DNA of 64,000 nt. Source: the human T2T-CHM13v2.0 reference genome, Homo sapiens. Positions 63,051 to 64,000 of this stretch are shown in pieces. Each line of letters opens with the position of its first letter. Positions within the stretch are counted from its first letter, which is position 1. The stretch spans positions 27,264,001-27,328,000 of the forward strand of contig CP086569.2 of the NCBI GenBank assembly GCA_009914755.4, written 5' to 3'. The position numbers and the translations under genes are program-made. Under the pieces are notes generated by a model. The model did not search any database. It was not told the origin of the DNA and saw nothing but the letters and a program-made list of their open reading frames with translations.

Positions 63051-63595
63051 GTGAGTAATAAATAGTTAAATAAAGTCATCCGTCAGCATAAGTGTGCATA
63101 GAACTATACACACACAGGCACATGAGCAAATATATCCATCCATCGATCCATCCATCCATCCATCCATCCATCCATCCATCCATCCACACTTCTCTTCAAC
63201 ACATGTACACAAACTAATCCATGCACATGATGGAAACAGACCAAAGAGAAAGGAGACTGATGGACATTTGTGGAATTTACTCTCAGGAGCCTGCATGGCC
63301 ACAGAGATTTTTTTTTTTTTAACAGAGTTTCCAATTAGTCTCATTGCAGCATTTGTTAGTAACTTTGCATCCTTCTTTGGTGGAGTTGTATAAAAAGGAG
63401 CAGGTCATATGAGAGTTGCTTCTTCCTGTTAGTGTATTTGGCACCCTTAGTTCCTACTAAGCAGTTTTTTAATGGAACTCAGATTTCTGACAGAAATTAA
63501 TTGGTTTCTGTCTAGAGAAATAAAAGCTAATTTTCCAAAAAAGTAAATTTAGAATCGTGTCTCCTATCTGACTGTATTCTTTTATCATCCTCTAG

Positions 63596-63649
63596 CCCAC
63601 ACACAGGTGAATTTAAAGGAGCAGCCCTGGTGTCACCTATCAGTAAAAG
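63596..63649 (+). CDS. Candidate cassette exon, A-type (54 nt), encoding PHTGEFKGAALVSPISK
   Basis: ttcttttatcatcctctag|cccacacacaggtgaatttaaaggagcagccctggtgtcacctatcagtaaaag|gtgagt. Confidence 0.4.
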
Positions 63650-64000
63650 GTGAGTTATAAATACATGAAGACACACGTTTGCATAAGAGTGCATAGAGCT
63701 ATACACACACCAAGCACATACACAAATATATCCATCCATCTTCATCCATACACACTTTGGCAACACATTTACACAAACAAACGCATGCACAAAATGGAAA
63801 CACAAAACACGGTGACAGATGGACATTTGTGGAATTTATTCTCAGGAGCCTGCATGGCCATACAGAGTGTTTTTTAACAGGGTTTCCAATTCTTCTCATT
63901 GTAGCATTTGTAGATAACTTTGTATCCTTTTTTGATGGAGTTGTATAAGGAGATCAGTTCACAGGAGAGCTGCTTCTTCCTGTTAGTGTATTTGTCACCC

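Overview
This is primate (human-type) nuclear genomic DNA, not a prokaryotic locus. It is AT-rich and has no CpG island. It is saturated with Alu SINEs (about 47 copies on both strands), 5'-truncated L1 fragments, MaLR-type LTRs (THE1/MST/MLT1-like) and simple repeats. Almost every ORF in the six-frame track is a spurious frame running through Alu or L1 sequence. There is one convincing protein-coding exon, at 1918-2021 (+). It has a CAG acceptor and a GTAATT donor and encodes the striatin-family coiled-coil segment AQIAFLQGERKGQENLKKDLVRRIKMLEYALKQK. The rest of the window is therefore most simply read as a large striatin (STRN-like) intron. The unexpected part is 51.95-64.0 kb. It is a tandem array of ~3.1-kb units that runs off the window edge. 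Each full unit carries two exon-like segments, an A-type (PQT[SN]EFKG...KET) and a B-type (P[DH]PN[DE]..V/AVIT[ED]..G...D). Every intact copy is exactly 54 nt long. Each sits between a polypyrimidine-TAG acceptor and a GTGAGT donor, is open in only one frame, and has the same intron phase (2) as the upstream striatin exon. Five of these six copies are kept as lower-confidence candidates; the sixth, at 61995-62048 (B-type, intact, following an upstream degenerate B-like copy), is the call I would stake on as a true exon. These segments diverge faster than their flanking introns yet never lose length or frame. Degenerate copies at the 5' end of the array and near-identical copies at the 3' end indicate ongoing duplication and gene conversion. 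No tRNA or rRNA gene, CRISPR array, operon or promoter can be supported.
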